DNA of 64,000 nt from Candidatus Limnocylindrus sp. (GCA_040397175.1 JBBAWM010000002.1:32001-96000), one strand, 5' to 3'. Shown: positions 18,789-29,034, counted from the first letter of the stretch. Translations and numbers: made by a program. Notes: a model not told the origin generated them from the sequence alone.

Positions 18789-21386
18789 ATGAGCAACATC
18801 ACCAGCGTTTCCGCCGAGTTCGGCGGTCAGACCCTCACGATTGAGACAGGCCGAATGGCCCGCCTCGCCGGTGGCGCAGTCACCGTTCGCTACGGCGACA
18901 CCGTGGTCCTTGGCACTGCAAACCGCAGCGAGCCACGACCAGGCCTCGACTTCTTCCCACTCACGATTGAGTTTGAAGAGCGCATGTACGCCGCGGGAAA
19001 GATCCCGGGCGGTTACATCAAGCGCGAAGGGCGAGCCTCCGAGAACGCAACGCTCTCCGCGCGTCTCACCGACCGACCGATTCGCCCACTCTTCCCAGAG
19101 GGGTACAAGGATGACGTTCAGGTTGTTATCACCGTGCTGAGCGCAGACCAGGAGAACGACCCAGACATCCTTGGAACGCTCGCGGCATCTGCAGCGCTCA
19201 CCATCTCCGAGATTCCGTTCCTTGGGCCAATCGGCGCAGTGCGCGTCGGCATTGTGAACGGTGCCTTTGTTATCAACCCAACGTTCGACCAGCTCAAGGA
19301 GAGCGATCTCGACTTGGTAGTTTCAGGAACCGTTAGCGCGATCATGATGGTCGAGGCTGGCGCGAACCTGATCACCGAAGAGAAGATGGCCGAGGCCATT
19401 GAGTTCGGTCATAACGCCATCAAGGCGCTCGTTGCCCTTCAGGAGGAGCTGCGCGCCAAGGTCGGCAAGCAGAAGCGCGTTCCATACATCGAGCCAAGCA
19501 CCGACAGCGTGCTGGCGTTTGCCGAGGCGGCCGCAAACGGTGGCACATTCGTGATCGTCGATACGGAAACTACCGGCCTTGACCCGAAGATTTCTGACCT
19601 TGTCGAAGTTGCGGCAGTGAAGGTCAAGGGTGGCAAGATCACCGACCGCTGGAGCAGTTTTGTTGATGCCGGCAACGACATCGTTGGCGCCCAGATGCAT
19701 GGCATCACCAACAAGGAGATCCAGGGCGGCCTCACGCCGAAGGCAGCGGCCGAGAAGATTGCTGAATTCGCCAAGGGCGCAATCCTTGTCGGACACAACC
19801 TTGGCTTTGATGTCGCCTTCCTCGATGAGGCACTCGGCAAGGGTCGCTCATTTGCAACCGAGCAGGGGAGCTACCTCGACACCTATGTCCTCTTCAAGGA
19901 GGCGTACCCAGAGAGCGAGTCGTTCAAGCTCGGAGATCTCGCACGCGTTTATGGCGCAGCGACCACTCCGAACCATCGAGCGGCCGCTGACGCGGAAGCA
20001 ACAGCAGAGCTCTTGCTGATCCTCGCCAACGAACTCCCAGGTCGCCTCGCGACGCTCAAGGAGGGGATTGCCGATTCGATCCGTGCCGCCCGTAGCGGCA
20101 AGGGCGAGCCAAAGGCGATCTTTGAGGCGGCACGCCGTAAAGCGCGCGTCGGTAGAAACCTCTTCGGCTGGATGCATAAGAAGACGGCGCGTAACCTCAC
20201 GATGAAGGAGGGGATTCGCCTCGACGGTCGGAAGGTCGACGAGATCCGCAAGATCTCGGTAGAGGTTGGTCTGCTCCCACGCGCACACGGCTCAGGCCTC
20301 TTCACCCGCGGTGAGACCCAGGCGTTGAGCGTGGCAACCCTTGGCCCAGTGGCACAGGGACAGCGTCTCGACACGATCTCGCCGATCACCGAGAAGCGCT
20401 ACATCCACCACTACAACATGCCGCCGTACAGCACCGGTGAGAACAAGCCGATGCGTGGCCCAGGGCGACGCGAAATTGGGCACGGAGCCCTTGCCGAGCG
20501 AGCACTCATCCCAGTGCTCCCTTCGATCGAGGAGTTCCCGTACGCCATCCGAGTCGTCTCAGAGTGCGTAACCTCTAACGGATCGACCTCAATGGCCTCA
20601 ACTTGCGGTTCGAGCCTCTCGCTCCTTGATGCCGGCGTGCCGCTCAAGGCGTCGGTGGCTGGCGCCGCAATGGGCCTCATGTCGGAGCCAGACGGCGAAT
20701 TCATCGTCCTCACGGACATCCTCGGCAAGGAGGATGCCTTCGGCGACATGGACTTCAAGGTGACCGGTACCCGTACGGGTATCACGGCCTTGCAGATGGA
20801 CATCAAGGTGCAGGGGATCAACGGGGCGATCATTCGCACCGGCCTCAAGGATGCGCTTGCCGCCCGACTCGAGATCCTCGACAAGATGGACGCGATCATC
20901 AGCACGGCTCGACCAGAGCTCTCTGATTTCGCCCCACGCATCACCACGATCAAGATCAATCCGGAGAAGATCCGCGACATCATTGGTAAGGGTGGCGCAG
21001 TGATTCGCAAGTTGCAGGATGACTTCCAGGTGAACATCAACGTACAGGACGACGGCACCGTGCAGATCGCTTCGGCTGATCCAGAGCGCACCAAGGGTGT
21101 CCTTGATGCGATCAATGGAATCACCAAAGAGGTTGAACTCGGCGCGCTCTATATGGGCAAGGTGACCCGCATCATGGGCTTCGGCTGCTTCGTTGAGATC
21201 CTTCCAGGTAAGGAAGGCCTCGTACGCATCGGCGAGCTTGCCGACTACCGTGTGAACACGGTTGAGGATGAGGTCGCCGTGGGCGACGAGATCATGGTGG
21301 TGGTCACCGAAGTCGACCGCCAGGGTCGCGTCAACCTGTCGCGCCGCGCCGCCATGCAGCGTCATAAGGCCGCGCCTCAAGAGTAA
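18789..21386 (+). CDS. pnp: Polyribonucleotide nucleotidyltransferase (PNPase) with inserted DEDDh exonuclease domain
   Basis: FFPLT, GKIPGGYIKREG, RLDGR, HGSGLFTRGETQ, SNGSTS, EDAFGDMDFK, KH (IIGKGG), S1; insert carries DTETTG / GHNLGFD / HRAAAD. Confidence 0.96.
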   Translation: MSNITSVSAEFGGQTLTIETGRMARLAGGAVTVRYGDTVVLGTANRSEPRPGLDFFPLTIEFEERMYAAGKIPGGYIKREGRASENATLSARLTDRPIRPLFPEGYKDDVQVVITVLSADQENDPDILGTLAASAALTISEIPFLGPIGAVRVGIVNGAFVINPTFDQLKESDLDLVVSGTVSAIMMVEAGANLITEEKMAEAIEFGHNAIKALVALQEELRAKVGKQKRVPYIEPSTDSVLAFAEAAANGGTFVIVDTETTGLDPKISDLVEVAAVKVKGGKITDRWSSFVDAGNDIVGAQMHGITNKEIQGGLTPKAAAEKIAEFAKGAILVGHNLGFDVAFLDEALGKGRSFATEQGSYLDTYVLFKEAYPESESFKLGDLARVYGAATTPNHRAAADAEATAELLLILANELPGRLATLKEGIADSIRAARSGKGEPKAIFEAARRKARVGRNLFGWMHKKTARNLTMKEGIRLDGRKVDEIRKISVEVGLLPRAHGSGLFTRGETQALSVATLGPVAQGQRLDTISPITEKRYIHHYNMPPYSTGENKPMRGPGRREIGHGALAERALIPVLPSIEEFPYAIRVVSECVTSNGSTSMASTCGSSLSLLDAGVPLKASVAGAAMGLMSEPDGEFIVLTDILGKEDAFGDMDFKVTGTRTGITALQMDIKVQGINGAIIRTGLKDALAARLEILDKMDAIISTARPELSDFAPRITTIKINPEKIRDIIGKGGAVIRKLQDDFQVNINVQDDGTVQIASADPERTKGVLDAINGITKEVELGALYMGKVTRIMGFGCFVEILPGKEGLVRIGELADYRVNTVEDEVAVGDEIMVVVTEVDRQGRVNLSRRAAMQRHKAAPQE

Positions 21387-21412
21387 CGGTGCTCCGAAAC
21401 GCACGAAAATCA

Positions 21413-21447
21413 ACTGAGGACTTGCGGATGCTCCGCAGGTCCTCAGT
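21413..21447 (+). terminator. Long GC-rich hairpin after pnp (probable terminator or 3' stabiliser, no U-tract)
   Basis: ACTGAGGACTTGCGGA-TGC-TCCGCAGGTCCTCAGT, 16-bp stem with one U-G pair. Confidence 0.65.
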
Positions 21448-21462
21448 CGTATACTGGGCAGT

Positions 21463-22512
21463 ATGAGCAACGCATCGAACCCAGAAGGTTTCGTCGTCGC
21501 CGTCCTCGGCGCCACTGGACTCGTTGGGCAGACCATGATCTCGGTGCTTGAAGAGCGCAACTTCCCTGTGCGCACGCTTATTCCACTTGCTGCCACGAGC
21601 GGTGGGCGCACCGTTCGCTTTCGTGGCGCCGATATCTTGGTGCAACAGGTTCAACCAGACTCGTTCAACGGCGTCGATCTTGCGCTTTTCAGCGCAGGTG
21701 GCGCCGCAAGCTTGACGTATGCGCCAGAAGCGGCGGCCCGCGGCTGCGTCGTTGTCGACAACTCCAGCGCCTGGCGCATGGATCCGAGTGTGCCGCTGGT
21801 TGTCTCGCAGGTAAATCCAGGGGCGCTCGCAACGCACAACGGCATCATTGCGAACCCGAACTGCTCGACCATGCAGCTTGCGCCGCTATTAAAAGCGCTC
21901 TCTGATGCGGCCGGTTTACAGCGGGTGGTTGTCGCCACGTATCAGGCGGTCTCGGGTGCCGGCTCAAAATCAGTGGCTGATTTAGTTCAACAGCGAACCA
22001 CCCTTGTGAATGGCGGCACACCCACTTCGACCATCTATCCGCATGCCGTCATTTCGAGCCCAATCCCCGCGATCGATGTGTTCCTTCCTGATGGCTCCAC
22101 CAAAGAGGAGGCCAAGGTCGTCAATGAGAGCCGGAAGATTCTCGACCTGCCGAACCTGCGTATCTCTGCAACGGCGGTCCGTGTTCCCGTTGAACGGAGC
22201 CACTCCGAGGCGGTGCACGTTGAGCTATCGCGGGCGCTGAGCCCCGACCAAGCTCGTATCGTCTTTGCTGCGATGCAGGGGGTAACCCTGGTAGACGATC
22301 CAGCAAGTCATTCCTATCCACTTGCAGCAGATGCGTCCGGCAGTGACGAGATTTATGTCGGGAGAGTGCGCACCGACGCCAGCGTTGAGCATGGGCTTGC
22401 CTTCTGGGTGGTGAGTGACAACATCCGCAAGGGTGCGGCGACGAACGCCGTTGAGATTGCTGAGCTCTTGGTCAGCATGAACCTGGTCCATGGAGCCAGT
22501 CACGTCGCCTAA
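21463..22512 (+). CDS. asd: Aspartate-semialdehyde dehydrogenase
   Basis: GATGLVG, DNSSAWRM, IANPNCST, TYQAVSGAG, RVPV..SHSE, DNIRKGAATNA. Confidence 0.97.
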   Translation: MSNASNPEGFVVAVLGATGLVGQTMISVLEERNFPVRTLIPLAATSGGRTVRFRGADILVQQVQPDSFNGVDLALFSAGGAASLTYAPEAAARGCVVVDNSSAWRMDPSVPLVVSQVNPGALATHNGIIANPNCSTMQLAPLLKALSDAAGLQRVVVATYQAVSGAGSKSVADLVQQRTTLVNGGTPTSTIYPHAVISSPIPAIDVFLPDGSTKEEAKVVNESRKILDLPNLRISATAVRVPVERSHSEAVHVELSRALSPDQARIVFAAMQGVTLVDDPASHSYPLAADASGSDEIYVGRVRTDASVEHGLAFWVVSDNIRKGAATNAVEIAELLVSMNLVHGASHVA

Positions 22513-23173
22513 CCGAATCGCTCTCGAGCTCGCCTCGGTCGCCCGCGACGCCTCCACCTGTACGGCGTGTGCGCTCTCAGCCACAAGAACCCAGACGGTC
22601 CCCGGCGAGGGGAGTCCTACGGCAGCCCTGGTTTTCGTTGGGGAGGCCCCGGGAGCGCGGGAAGATCTGGCTGGTCGCCCGTTCGTTGGCGCGTCTGGTC
22701 GCCTTCTGGACGACCTCCTGGCCTCGATCGGCCTACGGCGCGACGAGATCTTCATCCTGAATACGGTGAAGTGTCGGCCACCAGCGAACCGCAATCCCCA
22801 GCGCGCAGAAACTGCTGCCTGTGCCTCGTTCCTCACACGGCAGTTGAAGGCGTTGCAGCCCCGGGTGATCGCCACCCTCGGGAGGCACGCACTTGCTGTC
22901 TTTGCGCCAAGCGCGAAGATTGCCGAGGTGCACGGACGTCCCCACGCACAGACAGACGGTGATCAGCGCGGTGGTGCGGTGCTCTTTCCCCTCTATCACC
23001 CCGCAGCGGCACTCCACAACGGGAGCCTGCGACCAGCCTTAGAGCGCGATATGGCGGCCCTGGGAGAGTTTCTCTCCATGAATGCTCGCGAAGAGGCGGG
23101 GGAGGCTACCCTACGCGAGGTGGATTCGGTGCCGACTCGGCGCCGTTCCAGCATGCAAGGGGAGGCTGAATGA
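22490..23173 (+). CDS. Uracil-DNA glycosylase family 4 (Fe-S)
   Basis: CTACAL, FVGEAPG..ED..GRPFVG, NTVKCRPP, YHPAAAL. Confidence 0.93.
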   Translation: MEPVTSPNRIALELASVARDASTCTACALSATRTQTVPGEGSPTAALVFVGEAPGAREDLAGRPFVGASGRLLDDLLASIGLRRDEIFILNTVKCRPPANRNPQRAETAACASFLTRQLKALQPRVIATLGRHALAVFAPSAKIAEVHGRPHAQTDGDQRGGAVLFPLYHPAAALHNGSLRPALERDMAALGEFLSMNAREEAGEATLREVDSVPTRRRSSMQGEAE

Positions 23174-24909
23174 CCCAACGCCCGCAACCGGCACGCCGAC
23201 CAGCTGAGGCGAGACGCCCCCAGGAAACACGCAGGCCGCACAAGGCGGCTACCAGCGGCCCGGCACTCCGTCTGATCCCGCTCGGCGGCATGGGGGAGAT
23301 CGGGAAGAACCTCTACCTGTATGAGTACCAGGACACCATCATCCTCGTTGACTGTGGCCTCGCCTTCCCCGATGAGACCACCCTTGGTGTCGACATCATC
23401 ATCCCGGACATCAGTTACTTGCGGGCACGCCGCAGCGCCGTGAAGGCGGTCCTCATCACCCATGGACACGAGGATCACGTCGGTGCGCTCCCGCACATCC
23501 TCCCTGAGCTCCCGGGGGTGCCCGTCTACGCCAGCACCCTTGCACGAGGGCTCTTGGCAAACAAGTTGAAGGAGTTCAAGGTCACCGCCAATCCGCTGCG
23601 ACCGCTCGACCCAGGCGGCCGACTTGAGGTTGGGCCCTTCACGATTGAACCCTTCCGCGTTGGCCACTCCATTCCGGATGCCATGGGTTACGCGATCCAT
23701 TCACCGGTTGGAACGGTCATCCACACCGGTGACTTCAAGTTTGACCAAACTCCAGCGGATGGCAAGACAGCAGACTTTGCCATGCTGGCAAAATTCGGCG
23801 CCCAGGGTGTACTCGCTCTCGTTTCAGACAGTACACGTGCCGAAGCGCCCGGATATACGCCGAGTGAGCAGGTTGTCGGCCAAGCCTTTAAGGGAATCAT
23901 CAGCAGCGCACCTGGCCGCGTGATCATTGCCACCTTTGCCTCCAACATCGCGCGAATTCAACAGGTGCTCGATGCGGCAGGGGAGTTCCATCGGAAGGTA
24001 GCCGTCGTCGGTCGTTCGATGGAGCAGAACGTCAAGATCGCTCGCGACCTTGGCTATCTGAAATTCCCAACTCCACTCCTTGCCAAAGAGGAGATTGCGC
24101 GCCGCACGAAGGAGCCGCTCGTGATCGCAACGACGGGCGCGCAGGGCGAGCCGATGGCTGGCCTTGCCAAGATGGCGAATGGCGAGCACCGCAATGTAGA
24201 GATTCAGAACGGCGATACCGTGATCGTTTCCGCATCACCGATTCCAGGCAACGAAGAGGCGGTCGGCAGAACGATTGACAATCTTTTCAAGTCTGGTGCT
24301 AACGTCATCTATCACTCGATTGCCCAGGTGCACGTTTCAGGTCACGCCTCACAAGAGGAGCTGAAGATGATGCTTGCACTCACCAAGCCAAAGTACTTCG
24401 TGCCCATGCATGGCGAGATGCGCATGCAGGTGGCCCATGGGCGCCTTGCAACGCAGATGGGGGTACCGCCTTCTGCGGTCTTTATCATTGATAACGGCAC
24501 GCCAGTTGAGTTCTCTGCAGATGGCAGCGCACGACGTGGTAAACCAGTTGAGCACGGCTCAGTTTTCGTTGATGGATCATCGGTTGGCGAGATCAGCGAG
24601 ATCGTACTCCGCGATCGACGCACCCTGGCCGACGACGGAATCGTCGTCGTGATTGCAACGATCGATGCACGTACCGGAAAGCCCGTCGGCCGCCCAGCCC
24701 TAGTTACCCGTGGATTCCTCAATGGCGACGAGGATAATAAGCTTGTTGAAGAGGCAATCACGATTGCCCTCAAGGCAATCCAACACAAAGGTGATCGCGG
24801 TGCTGAGGCCGGCCTGATCAAGGCCCAGTTGAGCGAATCGGTTTCGCGATTCCTTGGTAAGGAGACGCGACGTCGTCCACTCGTGGTTCCTGTGGTGGTC
24901 GAGGTTTAA
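23170..24909 (+). CDS. rnj: Ribonuclease J
   Basis: PLGGMGEIGKN, THGHEDHVG, HTGDFKFD, HVSGH, PMHGE. Confidence 0.97.
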   Translation: MTQRPQPARRPAEARRPQETRRPHKAATSGPALRLIPLGGMGEIGKNLYLYEYQDTIILVDCGLAFPDETTLGVDIIIPDISYLRARRSAVKAVLITHGHEDHVGALPHILPELPGVPVYASTLARGLLANKLKEFKVTANPLRPLDPGGRLEVGPFTIEPFRVGHSIPDAMGYAIHSPVGTVIHTGDFKFDQTPADGKTADFAMLAKFGAQGVLALVSDSTRAEAPGYTPSEQVVGQAFKGIISSAPGRVIIATFASNIARIQQVLDAAGEFHRKVAVVGRSMEQNVKIARDLGYLKFPTPLLAKEEIARRTKEPLVIATTGAQGEPMAGLAKMANGEHRNVEIQNGDTVIVSASPIPGNEEAVGRTIDNLFKSGANVIYHSIAQVHVSGHASQEELKMMLALTKPKYFVPMHGEMRMQVAHGRLATQMGVPPSAVFIIDNGTPVEFSADGSARRGKPVEHGSVFVDGSSVGEISEIVLRDRRTLADDGIVVVIATIDARTGKPVGRPALVTRGFLNGDEDNKLVEEAITIALKAIQHKGDRGAEAGLIKAQLSESVSRFLGKETRRRPLVVPVVVEV

Positions 24910-24912
24910 GCG

Positions 24913-27213
24913 ATGGCAAAGCGCGAAGGAAAGAGTGGAGGTCGTCTCGTACGGCGCAGTCCGCTTGCATCACGATCGGCACTCCGCACGCTTCTCTCTC
25001 TCGCCTTTGCGGTCACTGGGGTGATCTTTGCTGTCGGCCTCATACTCCCAGGGCGTGGAGCCCTCGCGGATGTGCTCCGTGATGTGCTCGCGCCGTGGTT
25101 CGGTGCTGGCCGTTGGCTGGTCCCAGTACTGCTGATCGGCTTCGCCGTCTGGATCGAGCGCAGCGCCGCTTCCACCCCACGGGTCCCGCTGCGCATTGTC
25201 TTGTCGCTCATTGCCCTTGTCGGCCTGCTTGCGCTCGTTGAGATCGTCTTCCCGACCCACGGCGGCCGCATCGGAAGCATTGCTGGCGGGGGCGCTGCGA
25301 ACCTGCTGACAGGAATTGGCGCGTTCGCAGCATGGAGCGGGATCTTGATCGCGATTGGACTCATCCTCGCTGAGTCCACGGTGCGGAGGATTTTCGCCAC
25401 ACTCTTTGCAGGCGCGAAGGTGAGTGCAGAAGTGATCGGCGACGGCGTCGAGAAGTTCGCCGCAGAGCGCGAACGCATCATGCAAGAGCGTGACGCTGCA
25501 CGCACCGCAGAAGCTACTCGTATCCAGCTCGAAGTTGCGAGTCACCCAGTAGTGGCGGTTGCGCCTGCAGCGATCGTGCCTGATACCTTCGCTGTTGCGG
25601 AGCCCGATGCCGAACCGGAGGCTAACAGCGTACGCGGCGGGGCCCCCGCACGAGGATCAGGGAGCACTTCAGCAAACGGAAGTGCAGGCCCAGGGACCAG
25701 GACAAAAGCTGGTGGTGCAGTTCCGTGGGATCTGCCTTCCACGAGCCTGCTCGATGCCCCAGGCAAGTCCGTCAGCCCAAATGCCAGCATCCACCAGGCG
25801 AACGCCGCGATCATCGTCCAGAAGCTGCGCGATCTCGGCATTGAGATCACCTCAGTGACGGCTAATCCTGGTCCAGTCGTTACGCAGTACGAGCTGACAC
25901 CCGCACCAAATGTGCGAATCAGCCGTATCGAAGGCTTAGGCGACGATCTGGCAATGGCGCTAAGTGCCCGTTCGATTCGCATTGAGGCGCCGATTCCTGG
26001 CAAGGCCGTCGTCGGTATTGAGATTCCTAATCACGAGGCGGAGGCCATTCGTTTCAAGCCACTGCTTACCCCAATCGATAAGGCTGGATCTTGGACGCCA
26101 AGCCAGGTGATCCCATTTGCGCTAGGCAAAGATGTTGGCGGAACAGCACAAGTACGCGATCTCGCAAGCATGCCGCATCTTCTCATCGCAGGGGCAACGG
26201 GCTCAGGAAAGAGCGTCATGGTCAACGCCATCATCGCCTCGTTCTTGTTTGCCCGAACACCTCAGGAGCTTCGCATGATTTTAGTAGATCCGAAGCGCGT
26301 CGAACTATCAGGATACAACGGTCTGCCACACCTACTCGTTCCAGTGATCACTGAATCCGATAAGGCCGCTTCTGCCTTGAAGTGGGCGGTTCTTGAGATG
26401 GAGAACCGCTATCGCATGTTTGCTGGTGCTGGCGCACGCAATCTCGAAGGCTACAACGCCAGTCGAGAGGATGTGAACGATCGAATGTATTCGATCGTCA
26501 TCATCATTGATGAGCTCGCCGACTTGATGATGCAAGATGGCAGGGAGACAGAAGAGTCAATTGTGCGAATTGCACAGAAAGCCCGTGCCACTGGAGTCCA
26601 TCTGATCCTTGCAACGCAGCGACCCTCGGTTAACGTGGTCACAGGGCTGATCAAGGCAAACATTCCAAGCCGGATTGCCTTCTCGATGGCGAGCCAGATC
26701 GATTCGCGAACGGTGCTGGACGCGCCAGGGGCCGAAGATCTGATCGGTCGCGGCGATATGCTCTTCCAGCCTTCAGATGCCCCGAAGCCGACGCGCATGC
26801 AAGGCGTCTTCGTTTCGGATCGTGAGATCAACGCCGTTGTGACGCACTGGCGCGAGCAGGGGTTACCGGACTATCAACTTGGGATTGTTGCGTCCGCCGA
26901 ACGCAACGGTGGGGCAGGAGCCGACCGTGGCCGTGACGAAAAGCCGGCAGACCGACTCTTCGATGAGGCAGTACAGGTGGTCGCCGAGCATGACCGCGCC
27001 TCTGCATCGCTCCTGCAGCGCCGTCTCCGTATTGGCTACGCACGAGCCGCCCGAATCATCGACCAACTGGAAGAGAAGGGCTACATCGGATCGTTCGATG
27101 GGTCCACCGCGCGAGTGGTGAATCGCGACAAGATCGCCGCTGATGCAGCTGGCGCCAGCGGTGGCAGCACGGGTGGAACGAATGCAGCGGGGGAGACAGG
27201 GGAGGGCGCTTAG
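24913..27213 (+). CDS. ftsK: DNA translocase FtsK/SpoIIIE
   Basis: N-terminal TMs, HLLIAGATGSGKS, IIDELADLM, ATQRPS, gamma domain LQRRLRIGYARAARII. Confidence 0.97.
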   Translation: MAKREGKSGGRLVRRSPLASRSALRTLLSLAFAVTGVIFAVGLILPGRGALADVLRDVLAPWFGAGRWLVPVLLIGFAVWIERSAASTPRVPLRIVLSLIALVGLLALVEIVFPTHGGRIGSIAGGGAANLLTGIGAFAAWSGILIAIGLILAESTVRRIFATLFAGAKVSAEVIGDGVEKFAAERERIMQERDAARTAEATRIQLEVASHPVVAVAPAAIVPDTFAVAEPDAEPEANSVRGGAPARGSGSTSANGSAGPGTRTKAGGAVPWDLPSTSLLDAPGKSVSPNASIHQANAAIIVQKLRDLGIEITSVTANPGPVVTQYELTPAPNVRISRIEGLGDDLAMALSARSIRIEAPIPGKAVVGIEIPNHEAEAIRFKPLLTPIDKAGSWTPSQVIPFALGKDVGGTAQVRDLASMPHLLIAGATGSGKSVMVNAIIASFLFARTPQELRMILVDPKRVELSGYNGLPHLLVPVITESDKAASALKWAVLEMENRYRMFAGAGARNLEGYNASREDVNDRMYSIVIIIDELADLMMQDGRETEESIVRIAQKARATGVHLILATQRPSVNVVTGLIKANIPSRIAFSMASQIDSRTVLDAPGAEDLIGRGDMLFQPSDAPKPTRMQGVFVSDREINAVVTHWREQGLPDYQLGIVASAERNGGAGADRGRDEKPADRLFDEAVQVVAEHDRASASLLQRRLRIGYARAARIIDQLEEKGYIGSFDGSTARVVNRDKIAADAAGASGGSTGGTNAAGETGEGA

Positions 27214-27216
27214 TTC

Positions 27217-28536
27217 ATGAGCGATCAGGTGCCTCTCACTCCCCAAGAACCAAGACTGTCTGAAGATGTGGTGCCACAGGCCCCAAGCATTGGCGATCGA
27301 CTTCGCCAGGCTCGTGAGCGGCGTGGTGTAAGCATCGCTGGGGCTTCTGCCACGCTAAAGATTCGTGCTCCGATCCTGGAGGCGTTTGAACGCGAAGACC
27401 ACAGCCAACTTCCGCCACGCGTCTACGCGCTCGGGCAACTCCGAACCTACGCCGCCTATCTCGGCCTCGATCCGGCCACGGTTGCAGCGGGCTGGCAAGG
27501 CCCCCCATCCCCGAAAGGACCTGCCCCCACATCATCACAACGACCAACAACAACGGCGGATCGCCTTGCCGCCCTGCGCCCGGGCCTTATTCGCTCCACG
27601 CGTGGGGTGCTAGCGATCGGCGGGTTAGGGCTCGCCGTCCTGGTGATCAGCGGCTTCATGGTGCTACAGCTTCTGCGATTCATCCTACCCCCCTCTATTG
27701 CGATTACCTATCCACTTGAGGCGATCAGCAACCTGGAACCTGGGACGCTCTCCTACGAAATCAAGGGAACGGCTGACGCTCGCGCCAGCATCGTCATCAG
27801 CACCAGCGCTGGGGTGCAGCTCACGACCGAGGCGGATGAGAGTGGTCTCTGGAGTCTCGTTGTGCCTCTCGGTACTGGCCAGACAGAAGTTGTTGCAAGC
27901 GCAGTGAAGCCCGGCACTGGCGGTGAATCGAGCACCTCAGCGGCGCGCGTCTTCGTGGTGGCACTTCCCGATAAGGTCGCCCCCGAGATCACCGTAACCG
28001 AGCCGTCAGCCAACCTTGCCATCAAGGATGGTGACGTGCCGATCTCACTTGTCACAAACCCAAATAGCGAGGTAGGCATCACCGCAACGGATACCGCAGG
28101 GGGGTTAATCACCTCCGTGCTCACCAGCGACGTCACTGGGGTCGCCACTGGGGGGATCAACCTCCCGGCGGGGCGCTGGACCTTAAGCTTCAGCATCACC
28201 ACTGCCGACGGCGCGCTCGGTCAGGCTACCCGCACGGTGGATGTCTCCTTCACTGGCGTAACGGTGAGCGTCACCGGCGGGGCCATCGCAACGTGGATTC
28301 GTGTCTGGGTAGATGGTCAGCTTGACCCAACGATTGGTGTTTCAGGGAAGACCTTGGCACCTGGCACACGGTTCAACTTCACGGGGGCGAAGCGCATTGA
28401 GATTCGTAGCGGGGATCCCTCTGCCCTTCTGTTCACGCTCAACGGGCGTACCATTAGCGGAGTTCGGAGCGGCACAGGGGCCGAAACGTACGCTTTCCTC
28501 AGCACGGGGAAGGTGCAGAAATCATCGAGGAGGTAG
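27217..28536 (+). CDS. RodZ-like HTH membrane protein with Ig-like repeats and C-terminal DUF4115-like domain
   Basis: IGDRLRQARE..LRTYAAYLGLD HTH, one TM, Thr/Ser-rich beta repeats, TWIRVWVDG...IRSGD...LNG; follows ftsK. Confidence 0.75.
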   Translation: MSDQVPLTPQEPRLSEDVVPQAPSIGDRLRQARERRGVSIAGASATLKIRAPILEAFEREDHSQLPPRVYALGQLRTYAAYLGLDPATVAAGWQGPPSPKGPAPTSSQRPTTTADRLAALRPGLIRSTRGVLAIGGLGLAVLVISGFMVLQLLRFILPPSIAITYPLEAISNLEPGTLSYEIKGTADARASIVISTSAGVQLTTEADESGLWSLVVPLGTGQTEVVASAVKPGTGGESSTSAARVFVVALPDKVAPEITVTEPSANLAIKDGDVPISLVTNPNSEVGITATDTAGGLITSVLTSDVTGVATGGINLPAGRWTLSFSITTADGALGQATRTVDVSFTGVTVSVTGGAIATWIRVWVDGQLDPTIGVSGKTLAPGTRFNFTGAKRIEIRSGDPSALLFTLNGRTISGVRSGTGAETYAFLSTGKVQKSSRR

Positions 28537-28539
28537 TGC

Positions 28540-29031
28540 ATGGCAGCCGATAACTCGTTTGACGTCGTCTCGGAATATGACGAGCAGGAGCTCAAGAACG
28601 CGCTCGACCAGACCCGGCGGGAGATCGCCACTCGATACGATTTTCGCGACGCTACCGCCGAAATTAAGGAGGAGAAGGGTGAGCTGATTATCCGCGTCGA
28701 CGGCGATCTACGCCTGAAGGCGTTGCGCGACATCCTCGAATCAAAGTCGGTAAAGCGCGGTATTGACCTGCGGACCTACGACTGGGGGAAGGCGGAGGCG
28801 GCTGGCGGAGACACCCTCCGCATTCACGTCAAGCTCCGCAAGGGGCTCGACGACGTGGCAGCGAAGAAGATTGCCAAATTCATTCGTGACACCTTCCCAA
28901 AGGTGAAGACTCAGATCCAGGGCGAGGCGGTGCGTGTGACCGGCAAGTCACGCGACGAACTGCAAGAGGTAATGAGCAGCCTGAAGGATCTTGACGTTGA
29001 ACGACCGCTGCAATTTGAGAACTACCGGTAG
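28540..29031 (+). CDS. yajQ: YajQ family nucleotide/c-di-GMP-binding protein
   Basis: SFDVVS, RYDF, QIQGEAVRVTGKSRDELQ, LQFENYR. Confidence 0.95.
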   Translation: MAADNSFDVVSEYDEQELKNALDQTRREIATRYDFRDATAEIKEEKGELIIRVDGDLRLKALRDILESKSVKRGIDLRTYDWGKAEAAGGDTLRIHVKLRKGLDDVAAKKIAKFIRDTFPKVKTQIQGEAVRVTGKSRDELQEVMSSLKDLDVERPLQFENYR

Positions 29032-29034
29032 CTT

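Noticed and set aside
19536-20035. PNPase insert as an intein or mobile element
   Set aside because: No Cys/Ser N-terminal splice block, no His-Asn C-terminal motif, no LAGLIDADG/HNH; the motifs are those of a DEDDh exonuclease.
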